Shown here: one piece after another, positions 1 through 8,833 of the stretch | Position numbering within the stretch: the stretch's first letter is position 1 | Layout of the letters: the number at the start of each line of letters is the position of its first letter | Origin: an uncultured Leifsonia sp. | Lineage (GTDB): Bacteria; Actinomycetota; Actinomycetes; Actinomycetales; Microbacteriaceae | Length of the DNA: 64,000 nucleotides | Direction of reading: 5' to 3' | NCBI RefSeq assembly: GCF_945957465.1 | Contig: NZ_CAMFLC010000016.1 | Location: forward strand, 5,315 to 69,314 | Translations under genes and position numbers: made by a program | Notes under the pieces: model-generated | Databases searched by the model: none | Seen by the model: only the letters and a program-made list of their open reading frames with translations | What the model was told of the DNA's origin: nothing

Positions 1-1383
1 GTGATGGAACGGCACCCGCGTCGGTCCCGGCATCGGTGCCCGGAGCTCGTCCAGTTCGTGAACCGCGGTCGTGATCGCGTCGACCAGCCCTCCCGCGAGA
101 TCGCGACTGAGCCCGTTGCGGATGACCGCGCGCTGCACCGTCACCTCGGTCAACGCCTCCGGCATCGGGTACGCCGGCACGAGCCAGCCGCGGGCGCGAA
201 GCCGGGCGGAGAGATCGTAGAGCGTCCACGGCGCCCCGTGATCGGCGTTCAACTGCCAGGCGGTCACCGGGATGTCGGAACCGTCGGTCCAGATCTGGAA
301 GTGCGGGAGCGTGGCAACCTGGTCGGCGAGGTAGCGCGCGACGTCGCGGGAGGCCGCCTGCACGCGGCGATACCCGTCGAAACCGAGCCGCAGGAACTGG
401 TAGTACTGCAGCAGCACCTGTGCTCCGGGGCGGGAGAAGTTGAGCGCGAACGTCGGCATCTCGCCGCCCAGGTAGCTGACGCGGAAGACGAGGTCGTCCG
501 GCAGAAGCTCCGCCTCACGCCAGACCACCCAGCCGATGCCCGGATAGACGAGCCCGTACTTGTGACCGGAGGTGTTGATGGAGGCCACCCGCTCCAGCCG
601 GAAGTCCCACTCGATCTCCGGCTGCAGGAACGGCGCGACCATCGCGCCGGACGCGCCGTCCACGTGGATGGGCACGTCGATGCCCGAGTGCGCCTGGATG
701 GCGTCGAGGGCGTCGCTGATCGCCTTCACGGGCTCGTAACGGCCGGTGTACGTCACCCCCATGATCGCGACGACGCCGATGGTGTTCTCGTCCACGTACC
801 GTTCGAGCTCGGTGCCGTCGAGGGTCGGATGCTCCAGCGAGATCGGCACGAACCGCGGCTCCACCTCGAAGTAGTTGCAGAACTTCTCCCAGCAGACCTG
901 AACGGCGGCGCTCATCACCAGGTTGGGCTTCTCGGTGGAGAGCCCCGCCGCCCGCCGCCGGTGCTGCCAGCGCCGCTTGAGCGCCAGTCCGCCGAGCATG
1001 CAGGCCTCCGACGACCCGATGGTGGAGGTCCCGATGGACCGCTCGGGGTGCGGCGCGTTCCAGAGCCCGGCGAGCATCCGCCAGCATCTCTCCTCGATCG
1101 CGGCCGTCTGCGGATACTCGTCTTTGTCGACGATGTTCTTGTCCACGGCCTCGGCGTACAGCCGGCCGGCCGGATCCTCCATCCAGGTGCCGACGAACGT
1201 GGCGAGGTTCAGCCGCGCATTGCCGTCGAGCATCGCCTCGTCGTGGACCACCTGGAACGCCGTCTCCGGCAGGGACTCCCCGCTCGGAAGCTCGAACCGC
1301 GGGAACTCCGTCGCCTCCCCCGGCCGCGAGAACACCGGATTGAGGCCCACGGCCTCGTCGGGAGACTCAAAGCCCTGTCGCAT
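1..1383 (-). CDS. gadB: Glutamate decarboxylase (PLP-dependent); stop codon lies just outside the window
   Basis: Manual minus-strand translation from ATG 1383: DGNARLNLATF, DKDEYP, HVDGASG and PLP-lysine motif SGHKYG; frame open to base 1. Confidence 0.93.
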   Translation of the reverse strand, partial: MRQGFESPDEAVGLNPVFSRPGEATEFPRFELPSGESLPETAFQVVHDEAMLDGNARLNLATFVGTWMEDPAGRLYAEAVDKNIVDKDEYPQTAAIEERCWRMLAGLWNAPHPERSIGTSTIGSSEACMLGGLALKRRWQHRRRAAGLSTEKPNLVMSAAVQVCWEKFCNYFEVEPRFVPISLEHPTLDGTELERYVDENTIGVVAIMGVTYTGRYEPVKAISDALDAIQAHSGIDVPIHVDGASGAMVAPFLQPEIEWDFRLERVASINTSGHKYGLVYPGIGWVVWREAELLPDDLVFRVSYLGGEMPTFALNFSRPGAQVLLQYYQFLRLGFDGYRRVQAASRDVARYLADQVATLPHFQIWTDGSDIPVTAWQLNADHGAPWTLYDLSARLRARGWLVPAYPMPEALTEVTVQRAVIRNGLSRDLAGGLVDAITTAVHELDELRAPMPGPTRVPFHH

Positions 1384-1515
1384 GAGGCGAGCTAATCATG
1401 GACGGACCAGGAACACGAGTATCGTCTGAGAACGCTCATCCCCGGCACCCGGCCGCAGCGCGCACAACTCCCCCTGACGCTCACGGCCGTGCCGCGAGCG
1501 CTCACACCCGGTCGC

Positions 1516-1761
1516 TCATTCGACCTGCAGCTGCGTCCGCGCGGGCGACGGGCAGACGAGGAAGACGTGGCCGTGGTCGCGCTCCGTCGTGTGCTCGTCG
1601 ATCCGGCGGGTGCAGAGCGGGCACGTCGCGGCTTCCGTCCTCGGTGCCTCCGGGCCGTACGGGCCGAGGGGAGGCGGGCCGAGGACCGGGAGCAGCTTGG
1701 CGTCCAGCCATTCGGCCGCACGCTCGGCGCGAGTGCCGAGCCGGCTCTCCACCTTGTCCAT
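1516..1761 (-). CDS. Small hypothetical protein (81 aa) with CPLC...H...HxxxxC motif
   Basis: ORF MDKVESRLG...; fills the gap between two clear genes. Confidence 0.6.
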   Translation of the reverse strand: MDKVESRLGTRAERAAEWLDAKLLPVLGPPPLGPYGPEAPRTEAATCPLCTRRIDEHTTERDHGHVFLVCPSPARTQLQVE

Positions 1762-1802
1762 GCTTCGATGGTAGGCCGGTCGCGTCCCGATAGCATCGGG
1801 GG

Positions 1803-2591
1803 ATGCGCGCCGTCCCCGATTCCCTCGACGCCGCCGTCGTCGCGGCGATCGACGGCCGGCTCGCACGGGTGTGCGCCGAGCACGGCGTCACCATTCCGCT
1901 GGCCGTGGAGAGCGGGAGCCGGGCCTGGGGCTTCCCGTCGCCGGACAGCGACTACGACGCCCGCTTCCTCTTCCTGCGGCCGGTCGAGGACTACCTCCGG
2001 CTGACCCCGCTGCGCGACGTCGTGGAGACCCCGCTGGACGCCGTCTTCGACGTGAACGGCTGGGATGTGCGGAAGGCGCTCGCCCTCCTGGTGCGCGGCA
2101 ACGCCACCGTGACCGAGTGGCTGCGCTCACCGATCGTCTACAGCGCCGATCCCGGATTCACCGGCGGCATGCTGGAACTGGCCGACCGCATCCTCGACCG
2201 GGAACGCGTGCTCGACCACTACCTGCACATCGGACGGCGGCACGCGGCCGACCCCGGCGGCAAGCTCAAGCGGTTCTTCTACGCGCTGCGACCCGCCGCC
2301 ACCCTCCGCTGGCTGCGGGTGCACGCAGACCGTGCCGTCGCGCCGATGGACCTGCCGACGCTGATGGCCGAGAACGACGCGGCCGCCGATGTCGCGGACG
2401 CGGTGGACGAGCTCATCGCGCTGAAATCGGTCACCCGCGAACTCGGCGCCGCCGAGCCCCCGCTCCTGCTGCGCCGATTCGTCGAGCAGGAGTTCACGGC
2501 GGCGGAGGAACGTCCGGCCGGCGCGCGTTCGGAGCCCACCACAGGCATGCGGCAGGCCGACGCGTACTTCCGGGAGCTCGTGCTCCCCTGA
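1803..2591 (+). CDS. Nucleotidyltransferase, DNA polymerase beta superfamily (RlaP/PF10127-like)
   Basis: ESGSRAWGFPSPDSDYD motif, GWDVRKAL, EWLRSPIVY. Confidence 0.85.
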   Translation: MRAVPDSLDAAVVAAIDGRLARVCAEHGVTIPLAVESGSRAWGFPSPDSDYDARFLFLRPVEDYLRLTPLRDVVETPLDAVFDVNGWDVRKALALLVRGNATVTEWLRSPIVYSADPGFTGGMLELADRILDRERVLDHYLHIGRRHAADPGGKLKRFFYALRPAATLRWLRVHADRAVAPMDLPTLMAENDAAADVADAVDELIALKSVTRELGAAEPPLLLRRFVEQEFTAAEERPAGARSEPTTGMRQADAYFRELVLP

Positions 2592-2617
2592 CGGGTCCCG
2601 ATCGCGCTCGCGCGGGG

Positions 2618-2941
2618 TCAGCGCTCGACGACCTCGCCGCGCTCGGCCTCCTCCTCCGGCATCACCACCATGCCGCCTGTGCGCTGGCTGGTCTGCAGCA
2701 GCGCTTCCATCCAGCGCTCGTTGAGCGCGGGAGGACGGCTGCCGGTGAACACGAAGGCCAGCGGGATCTCGCGGCTGATCCACAAGCTCATGCGGCCTCC
2801 GCCCTGTTCGACCGGGATCTCCCAGTTGAGCAGGAAGCTCTCGTGACGGCGCAGCTTCGTCACCAGCGCGATCTTGACGTGTGCAAGGGTGCGGTCGTCG
2901 AACTCGTACTCGCGGCCGCCGCCGTAGACCAGCTTGCCCAC
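2618..2941 (-). CDS. Conserved Microbacteriaceae-type hypothetical protein (DUF7882-like), copy 2
   Basis: GKLVYG...FDDRTLAHVKIALVTKLRRHESFLLNW; GTG start abuts the stop of copy 1. Confidence 0.75.
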   Translation of the reverse strand: MGKLVYGGGREYEFDDRTLAHVKIALVTKLRRHESFLLNWEIPVEQGGGRMSLWISREIPLAFVFTGSRPPALNERWMEALLQTSQRTGGMVVMPEEEAERGEVVER

Positions 2942-2942
2942 C

Positions 2943-3308
2943 TCAGTCTCGCTGACGCTTCGTGCGGGCTTCGCGGAAGCTGCCCTCCGGCACTTCCTCA
3001 CGGATCTCGGCGAGCAACTCGTCCTCCAGCATCAGGCCGCCGTTGCCGTTGGCCTTCTCGGTGAGGATCGCCAGCCACTCCCGGTTGAGTTCGGGCAGGT
3101 GCGGACGCGCGAACACGAACTGGAGGCTGATCGACGGGTCGAGCCAGATCGACCGCAGGGTCGGCTCCGCCCCTCCCGTGCGGTCCGGCCAGAGGAGCAG
3201 GAATCCCTCGCGGCGGCGCAGCTTGGTGGCGATCACCGCCTGCAGATGAGCGAGCACCCGGTCGTCGAACGTGAAGCCGTCGGCCCCGTCGTAGATCAGC
3301 GTTCCCAT
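2943..3308 (-). CDS. Conserved Microbacteriaceae-type hypothetical protein (DUF7882-like), copy 1
   Basis: MGTLIYDG...FDDRVLAHLQAVIATKLRRREGFLLLW; paralog of the adjacent gene. Confidence 0.75.
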   Translation of the reverse strand: MGTLIYDGADGFTFDDRVLAHLQAVIATKLRRREGFLLLWPDRTGGAEPTLRSIWLDPSISLQFVFARPHLPELNREWLAILTEKANGNGGLMLEDELLAEIREEVPEGSFREARTKRQRD

Positions 3309-3388
3309 CGCGTCCCCTCCAGCACACACTTTCGCCGTCCGCCCGCGCGCCGTCAAGTCGTCGCGCCGCAGCGGCGTAAAGTCCGGCC

Positions 3389-3634
3389 ATGGACGCTCTC
3401 ACGCGAACCATCAAAGCGGCACTTCTGTACGAGGACGGCCGCACCCTGGACAGTGTCGTGGTCGTGCCGCTGATCGGTGGCTGTCCACCGGGCGAGATCC
3501 GGGTCGCCACCACCTTCGCCGGCGCTCTCGCCTACGACGTGTACGAGCTGGACGATGACGAGGAGTTCTCCTCGATGCCGGCCTACCCGTACCGGTCGAC
3601 GATCCCGCTCACCACGGACGATCTCGACGACTGA
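3389..3634 (+). CDS. Acidic hypothetical protein (81 aa)
   Basis: ORF track; protein-like composition; divergent from the tandem pair. Confidence 0.65.
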   Translation: MDALTRTIKAALLYEDGRTLDSVVVVPLIGGCPPGEIRVATTFAGALAYDVYELDDDEEFSSMPAYPYRSTIPLTTDDLDD

Positions 3635-3664
3635 GCCCCTCCCCCGCCCGCGTAAGGTGGTCGG

Positions 3665-5065
3665 GTGACCGACTCGACCGCCCCCGCCCGCGCCGGCTGG
3701 GCGGTTGCGGCACTCAGCCTCGGAACGCTGCTGAACCCGCTCAACTCGTCGATGATCGCGGTCGCCCTGGTGCCGTTGCAGCGCGACTTCCAGGTCAGTG
3801 TCACGACCGTGACCTGGGTGGTGACGTCGTTCTACCTCGCGTCGGCCGCCGGCCAGCCGCTCATGGGTCGGTTCGCCGACCGGTTCGGGCCGCGCCGCCT
3901 GTTCCTCTTCGGGATGCTCGTCGTCGCGCTCGCGTGTGCCGCCACGCCGTTCGCGAACTCGTTCGCCGCGGTGTGCGCGGGGCGGGTGGCGCTCGCCATC
4001 GGCACCGCGACGGCCTTTCCGTCGGCGATCGCGATGCTGCGCTCGATCACGGCGGGCAGCCGGGTAGGAACCCCGCGGCTGCTGGGCCGCATCCAGATCG
4101 CCAACACCTCCGGGGCGGCGATCGGTCCGGTGCTCGGCGGCGTCCTGGTGACCTTTCTCGGCTGGCAGGCGATCTTCTGGGTCAACGTGCCGCTCGCCGC
4201 CCTCGCCTTCACCGGGGTGAGCCTCTTCGCTCCAGGGGATGCCGCCCGCGAACGCACGCCGCTGCGCCGCACCGTCGCGGAGTCGGACGTGCCGGGCATC
4301 CTGCTCTTCGTCGCGACTCTCACCGCGCTCCTGGTCTTCCTGCTCGATCTGCGTCCGCAGCCGCTGTGGTGGCTGCTTCCGGTGGTGCCGGTCGCCGCCG
4401 GGTTGTTCGTCTGGCGGGAGCTGCGCACGCACCACCCGTTCCTCGACCTGCGGCTGCTCGCCGCCAATCGGCGACTGCTGATGGTCTACCTCTGCTTCGC
4501 CGTCTTCAACATCGTCTACTACAGCGCGTTCTTCGGCCTCCCGCAGTACTTGCAGGAGCACGGCGGCTACTCGGCCGGGATCGCCGGGCTGCTCATGTTC
4601 CCGCTCGCCGCCGTGACCATCGCGGTCACCCCTGTGGCGGCCCGCGCCATCGAGAGCGTCGGGCTGCGGCCGACGCTGCTCGCCGGAGCGTCCGCACTCG
4701 TCGTGGGCGCCGTGCTCCTCGGCTTCGCCGCCGTCACGACGACTCCGTGGGTCATGCTGGCGCTGACCGCGGCTCTGGGCATCCCGTACTGCGTGGTGAG
4801 CATCGCGATGAACCAGGCGCTGTACTCGGCCGCGCGCCCCCAGGACGCGGGTGTCGCCGCCGGCATCTTCCAGACCTCCCGCTACGTCGGAGCGATCGTG
4901 GCGACGACGGTCCTCGGCCTGCTCTTCAGCGCAGGGACCACCTCCGGCAGTTGGCTCGCCGCGGTCGCGGTGGCGTCCGCGCTGGCGGTCGTGCACCTGT
5001 GCCTGCTCGTCTTCGTGCGGCCGCGCGATCGAAGCGGGGGTGCCACGGAGTCCGCACCCTCCTAG
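3665..5065 (+). CDS. MFS transporter (DHA2/EmrB-like)
   Basis: Many hydrophobic helices; motif A GRFADRFGPRR. Confidence 0.9.
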   Translation: MTDSTAPARAGWAVAALSLGTLLNPLNSSMIAVALVPLQRDFQVSVTTVTWVVTSFYLASAAGQPLMGRFADRFGPRRLFLFGMLVVALACAATPFANSFAAVCAGRVALAIGTATAFPSAIAMLRSITAGSRVGTPRLLGRIQIANTSGAAIGPVLGGVLVTFLGWQAIFWVNVPLAALAFTGVSLFAPGDAARERTPLRRTVAESDVPGILLFVATLTALLVFLLDLRPQPLWWLLPVVPVAAGLFVWRELRTHHPFLDLRLLAANRRLLMVYLCFAVFNIVYYSAFFGLPQYLQEHGGYSAGIAGLLMFPLAAVTIAVTPVAARAIESVGLRPTLLAGASALVVGAVLLGFAAVTTTPWVMLALTAALGIPYCVVSIAMNQALYSAARPQDAGVAAGIFQTSRYVGAIVATTVLGLLFSAGTTSGSWLAAVAVASALAVVHLCLLVFVRPRDRSGGATESAPS

Positions 5066-5074
5066 ACTCCGCCC

Positions 5075-5758
5075 ATGGGCGTGTGGCTGGGAACGGGGGC
5101 GCTGGCGGAACAACTCGTTCTGCTTCTGCTGGCCTTCGTCCTCTCGGCGGTCATCGGCATCGAGCGCGAGCGCCAGTTCAAGAGCGCGGGGCTGCGCACC
5201 CACATCCTGGTCGGCCTCGGCTCAGGCCTGTTCACGCTCGTGTCGGCGTACGGGTTCGCCTCGCTCGGCCTCGGCGCCGTCGACCCGTCCCGGATCGCAG
5301 CACAGGTCGTCACCGGAATCGGGTTCGTCGGAGCCGGGGTGATCTTCGTGAACAGGGGCAATGTCGTCGGTCTGACCACCGCCGCATCGATCTGGGTCAC
5401 CGCCGCTGTCGGCATGGCGTGCGGCGCCGGCCTGCCTCTGCTCGCCGTCGCCGGCACGGCGCTGCACCTGCTGGCGGTCGGGACGCTCCCCACCGCCGAA
5501 CGGTTGCTGCGCCGCCGCTCGGCGAACCGGCTCGTCGTGCGCGTCACGCCCTCCGGCGACCGCCTCGGAGCCGTGCTGGACCTCATCTCCGCCGCAGGCC
5601 TCCACGCGCGCATCGAGAACCTGCAGCGCCGCGCGGACGCCGACCTCGAGCTCGCCGTCCACGTGCGCGGCAAGCGGAAGGACGCCGACCGGCTCCTCGC
5701 GGACCTCGGGGCGATCGACGGGGTGGTGAGCGTGACCTCCGGCCCGCTCCGCGCCTGA
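5075..5758 (+). CDS. mgtC: MgtC/SapB family membrane protein with C-terminal ACT-like domain
   Basis: IGIERE...AGLRTHILVGLG, RIAAQVVTGIGFVGAG, GLTTAASIW. Confidence 0.9.
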   Translation: MGVWLGTGALAEQLVLLLLAFVLSAVIGIERERQFKSAGLRTHILVGLGSGLFTLVSAYGFASLGLGAVDPSRIAAQVVTGIGFVGAGVIFVNRGNVVGLTTAASIWVTAAVGMACGAGLPLLAVAGTALHLLAVGTLPTAERLLRRRSANRLVVRVTPSGDRLGAVLDLISAAGLHARIENLQRRADADLELAVHVRGKRKDADRLLADLGAIDGVVSVTSGPLRA

Positions 5759-5782
5759 GCGGGAACGGCTCGATCCGGGCCG

Positions 5783-6061
5783 TCATCGCCGACGATCTCT
5801 ATCCGCGTCGCCCGCGCGCTGAGCCCCATGCGACGGCCGGTGCTCCGCACGGGGATAGTCACCACTGCGCTGATGGGTGCTCCTGACGAGGGGAGGCCTC
5901 TCGTCGCGCTGGGAGCCGACGTAGGCACCCGCCGTCTCCGGGTCGGGCCCGTGCCCCTCGCTCTCGGTGTACTGCCCGTGGACGATGCGGCCTTCTGCCG
6001 TCTCGGGCTCGGCCTGGGTGTACCGCCCTTCGACGTTGTCGCGTTCTCGCGCTTCGACCAT
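5783..6061 (-). CDS. Hydrophilic hypothetical protein (92 aa) with four G-x-Y repeats
   Basis: AAGGAGG RBS shortly before ATG 6061; repeats GRYTQAE, GQYTESE, GAYVGSQ, GDYPRAE. Confidence 0.7.
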   Translation of the reverse strand: MVEARERDNVEGRYTQAEPETAEGRIVHGQYTESEGHGPDPETAGAYVGSQRDERPPLVRSTHQRSGDYPRAEHRPSHGAQRAGDADRDRRR

Positions 6062-6079
6062 GTCGATCGCCTCCTTTAG

Positions 6080-6093
6080 TTGCGACATCGCAA
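6080..6093. promoter_or_regulatory. Palindrome TTGCGA-CA-TCGCAA, putative MarR operator
   Basis: Perfect inverted repeat between the 5783-6061 gene and marR; related site at 7866-7879. Confidence 0.5.
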
Positions 6094-6206
6094 TTATCTC
6101 TCCGATCCGCCGCGTGGGGCGCAACTCACGCGACACTCGCAGGCTGCTCGCAGCCACACCTCCCACCCCGGTGCGCCCGAGCGTCGATGCACGATAGAAC
6201 TAGAGG

Positions 6207-6698
6207 GTGAGTCACGACGACCAGCACGCCAGAGACGTCGACGCCGCGCTGCAGGCGGCCGATGTGATGATGCGGGTCGCCGCCCGCTCGGTCACTGAGG
6301 TCGAGGACATCGTCACCTCGCCGCAACTGCGCGTCCTGGTGATGATCGCCACTCACGGACCGCAGACACTCGGCGCAGTGGCGACCGAGCTGAGCGTGCA
6401 CGCCTCCAACGCCACGCGGACTGCTGAGAAGCTGGTGCGCGCGGGGCTGATCCACCGCACCGAGGATCCCGCCGACCGCCGCTTCGTGCGTGTCGCGCTC
6501 ACGCCCGCGGGCGTCCAGCTGGTGGAGAGGGTCATCGGCCACCGGCGCTCCGCCCTGGCGGAGGTCCTGGCCGGGATGGACCCGGACGAGCGCGAAGCCG
6601 CCGTCGCCTCGTTCCGCGCCTTCGCGCGCGCAGCCGGCGACCTCCCGGATCCGGACGGACGGTTCACCCTGCTGCTTCCGGGGACGGCCGGGGTCTAG
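6207..6698 (+). CDS. MarR family transcriptional regulator
   Basis: SPQLRVLV...SNATRTAEKLVRAGLIHR...DRRFVRVALT. Confidence 0.9.
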   Translation: MSHDDQHARDVDAALQAADVMMRVAARSVTEVEDIVTSPQLRVLVMIATHGPQTLGAVATELSVHASNATRTAEKLVRAGLIHRTEDPADRRFVRVALTPAGVQLVERVIGHRRSALAEVLAGMDPDEREAAVASFRAFARAAGDLPDPDGRFTLLLPGTAGV

Positions 6699-6758
6699 GC
6701 GACACCGCCAGGCGCCGGTCGGGCGGGCGCGTCACCGCTTCTCGCTCGGCGCCGTGCG

Positions 6759-7823
6759 TCACCGCTCGTCCGGGACGCCCGCCGCGAGTTCCGCGAACAC
6801 GTCCGCCGCGTCGTCGAGCCGGGAGAGCCCTGCGCTCTGCCCCATCCACAGCGACAGCAGTTCGGGTCGCCCGCCGTCCGCCTGAGCAGCACGGCGGAAC
6901 ACGCCCGTGAGGATGTTCTGCAGCGGGAAGCTCGCCGCGGCGCCGCTGTGTTCGATGGAGCGCACGGCGCGGTTCGGCAGGCCGCGGGCGACCCGGCCGC
7001 TCATCGCGCGGGTCAGCACGGTGTCGTTCGCGAGCGCAGTGCGGATGCGCTCGCGATGGACGGCCGGAGCGGCCGACTGCGTCGTGGCCAGGAACACCGT
7101 GCCGGCCTGCACGGCCGACGCCCCGAGGGCGAAGGCCGCCGCCACGCCCCGGCGGTCGGCGATGCCACCGGCGGCGATGACGGGAATGCCGACCGCATCC
7201 ACGACCTGCGGGATGAGCGAGAGGCCGCCGACGAGACTCCGTTCCGATTCGAGCAGGAACGACGGCCGGTGGCCCGCGGCCTCGGACCCGGACGCGACGA
7301 CGGCGTCCACTCCCCCGGCTTCGAGGGCGCGCGCCTCGGCGACCGTCGTCGCGGCGCCGATGACGAGAATCCCCCGATCGTGCGCCTGCGCGATCACATC
7401 GGGCGACGGCACGCCGAACACGAAGCTGAGCGCGGCGGGCCTCGCCTCCAGGGCCGCCTCCACCTGCTCGTCGAACCCGGGCAGCGGTGCGACAGGCCAG
7501 TCGGGAGGCCGCACTCCGGCCTCCGCGAACAGCTCGGCCATACCCGAGAGAGCGCGGTCGAACTCGGCTCGATCGAAGTCCGCAGGGTCGCGCTCTCCCG
7601 GCTCCCGGTGCGACAGCCACAGGTTGAGCGCGAACGGACGGTCGGTGCGCGCCCGCAGCTCGGCGACCGTGGCGTGGATGCGGTCGGCGCCGAAGCCGTA
7701 CAGGCCGAAGGACCCCAGGCCTCCCGCAGCGCTCACGGCCGCCGTCAGCTCGACGGACGAGAGACCACCGAAGGGTCCCAGCACCACCGGCACGTCGATT
7801 CCCAGACGACTGGTCAGGTTCAT
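6759..7823 (-). CDS. Nitronate monooxygenase family flavoprotein
   Basis: VSAAGGLGSFG, EAAGHR, PVIAAGGIAD, LWMGQS. Confidence 0.9.
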   Translation of the reverse strand: MNLTSRLGIDVPVVLGPFGGLSSVELTAAVSAAGGLGSFGLYGFGADRIHATVAELRARTDRPFALNLWLSHREPGERDPADFDRAEFDRALSGMAELFAEAGVRPPDWPVAPLPGFDEQVEAALEARPAALSFVFGVPSPDVIAQAHDRGILVIGAATTVAEARALEAGGVDAVVASGSEAAGHRPSFLLESERSLVGGLSLIPQVVDAVGIPVIAAGGIADRRGVAAAFALGASAVQAGTVFLATTQSAAPAVHRERIRTALANDTVLTRAMSGRVARGLPNRAVRSIEHSGAAASFPLQNILTGVFRRAAQADGGRPELLSLWMGQSAGLSRLDDAADVFAELAAGVPDER

Positions 7824-7865
7824 GCGTTCGTCTCCTCGGTCCACGCGCCGACGCCGTCACATTCC

Positions 7866-7879
7866 TTGCACAATCGCAA
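7866..7879. promoter_or_regulatory. TTGC-N6-GCAA site upstream of the nitronate monooxygenase gene
   Basis: ttgcacaatcgcaa, 11/14 identical to the 6080-6093 palindrome. Confidence 0.4.
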
Positions 7880-7991
7880 ACGTATGCGCAACGGTGATTC
7901 TACCGACGCGGACGATCGATGAAGCGCCGGTCAGGTCTCCACCGCGCACCCGGACTGTCCCGCGCGGTTTCCCAGGCGGTAGCGTCGAGTC

Positions 7992-8681
7992 GTGGATGCA
8001 GCAGCAGGTCGCCTGATCGACGTCTCGACCAGCAGCGGCCCCGGGCGGCTCACGGTCGCGGATGCCGCGTCGCCGCGGGCCGTGCTCTGGCTCGGCCACG
8101 GCGCCGGCGGAGGCATCGGCGCCGTCGATCTGGCAGCCCTCGCCTCCGCACTCCCCTCGGCCGGCATCACCGTCGCCCGCTACGAGCAGCCATGGCGAGT
8201 CGCCGGCAAGCGCGTGGCCTCGCGCCCGGCCGCACTCGACTCGGCCTGGCTCGAGACCGCTGCCGCCGTCGACCGCCTCGCGGACGGGCTCCCGGTGATC
8301 AGCGGCGGCCGAAGCGCCGGAGCGCGGGTGGCCTGCCGAACGGCCCGGACCACCGGAGCCGCCGGCGTGCTGTGCCTGGCCTTTCCGCTCCACCCGCCCG
8401 GACGACCCGACGCGTCGCGGCTCGACGAGTTGCTGACGCCGACCGTGCCGACACTGGTGCTGCAGGGCGACCGCGACACCTTCGGCCCGGCCGAGCTGCT
8501 GCGCGCCGAGGTGGACGCCGCAGCCGGCGGCCACGACGGTGTGCGCATCGTGACGGTTCCCGGCGCGGACCACGGGATGAGGACGCTGAAGTCGTCGCCA
8601 CTCGGAGCACGCGACGTGCGCGAGCTGATCGCGGCCTCCGCCCTCGCCTTCATCGACGAGACGCTCGCAGCGTCGCACTGA
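7992..8681 (+). CDS. Alpha/beta hydrolase (KANL3/Tex30-like)
   Basis: HGAGG, GGRSAGAR nucleophile elbow, LAFPLHPPG, QGDRDTFG, ADH. Confidence 0.85.
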   Translation: MDAAAGRLIDVSTSSGPGRLTVADAASPRAVLWLGHGAGGGIGAVDLAALASALPSAGITVARYEQPWRVAGKRVASRPAALDSAWLETAAAVDRLADGLPVISGGRSAGARVACRTARTTGAAGVLCLAFPLHPPGRPDASRLDELLTPTVPTLVLQGDRDTFGPAELLRAEVDAAAGGHDGVRIVTVPGADHGMRTLKSSPLGARDVRELIAASALAFIDETLAASH

Positions 8682-8752
8682 CCGCTTTTCGCGCCCTGCT
8701 CCCCCTCCCCACGTCGACCGCCTGTCGATGTCGACCACCCGGGAAAAAGATC

Positions 8753-8821
8753 ACTATTCAGTGTTGCTATCTACTGGTACTCGGCGTTACTATCTAGTGG
8801 TAGTCAACAGCACTGAGTAGT
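8753..8821. promoter_or_regulatory. AT-rich operator/promoter of the PadR operon (23-bp imperfect direct repeat plus flanking inverted repeat)
   Basis: ctatctactggta (8767) / ctatctagtggta (8790); actattcagtg (8753) vs cactgagtagt (8811). Confidence 0.55.
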
Positions 8822-8833
8822 TAGGAGGGGGTC

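Noticed and set aside
1-1395. 464-aa + strand ORF and many other long ORFs in the track (e.g. 3353-5203, 23982-25655, 31981-33720, 41221-43581)
   Set aside because: Antisense or alternate-frame shadows of clear genes; long stop-free frames are expected at this GC content and carry no motifs.
2618-3308. ATP-dependent DNA ligase label for the tandem small proteins
   Set aside because: Too short and lacking the KxDG adenylation motif.
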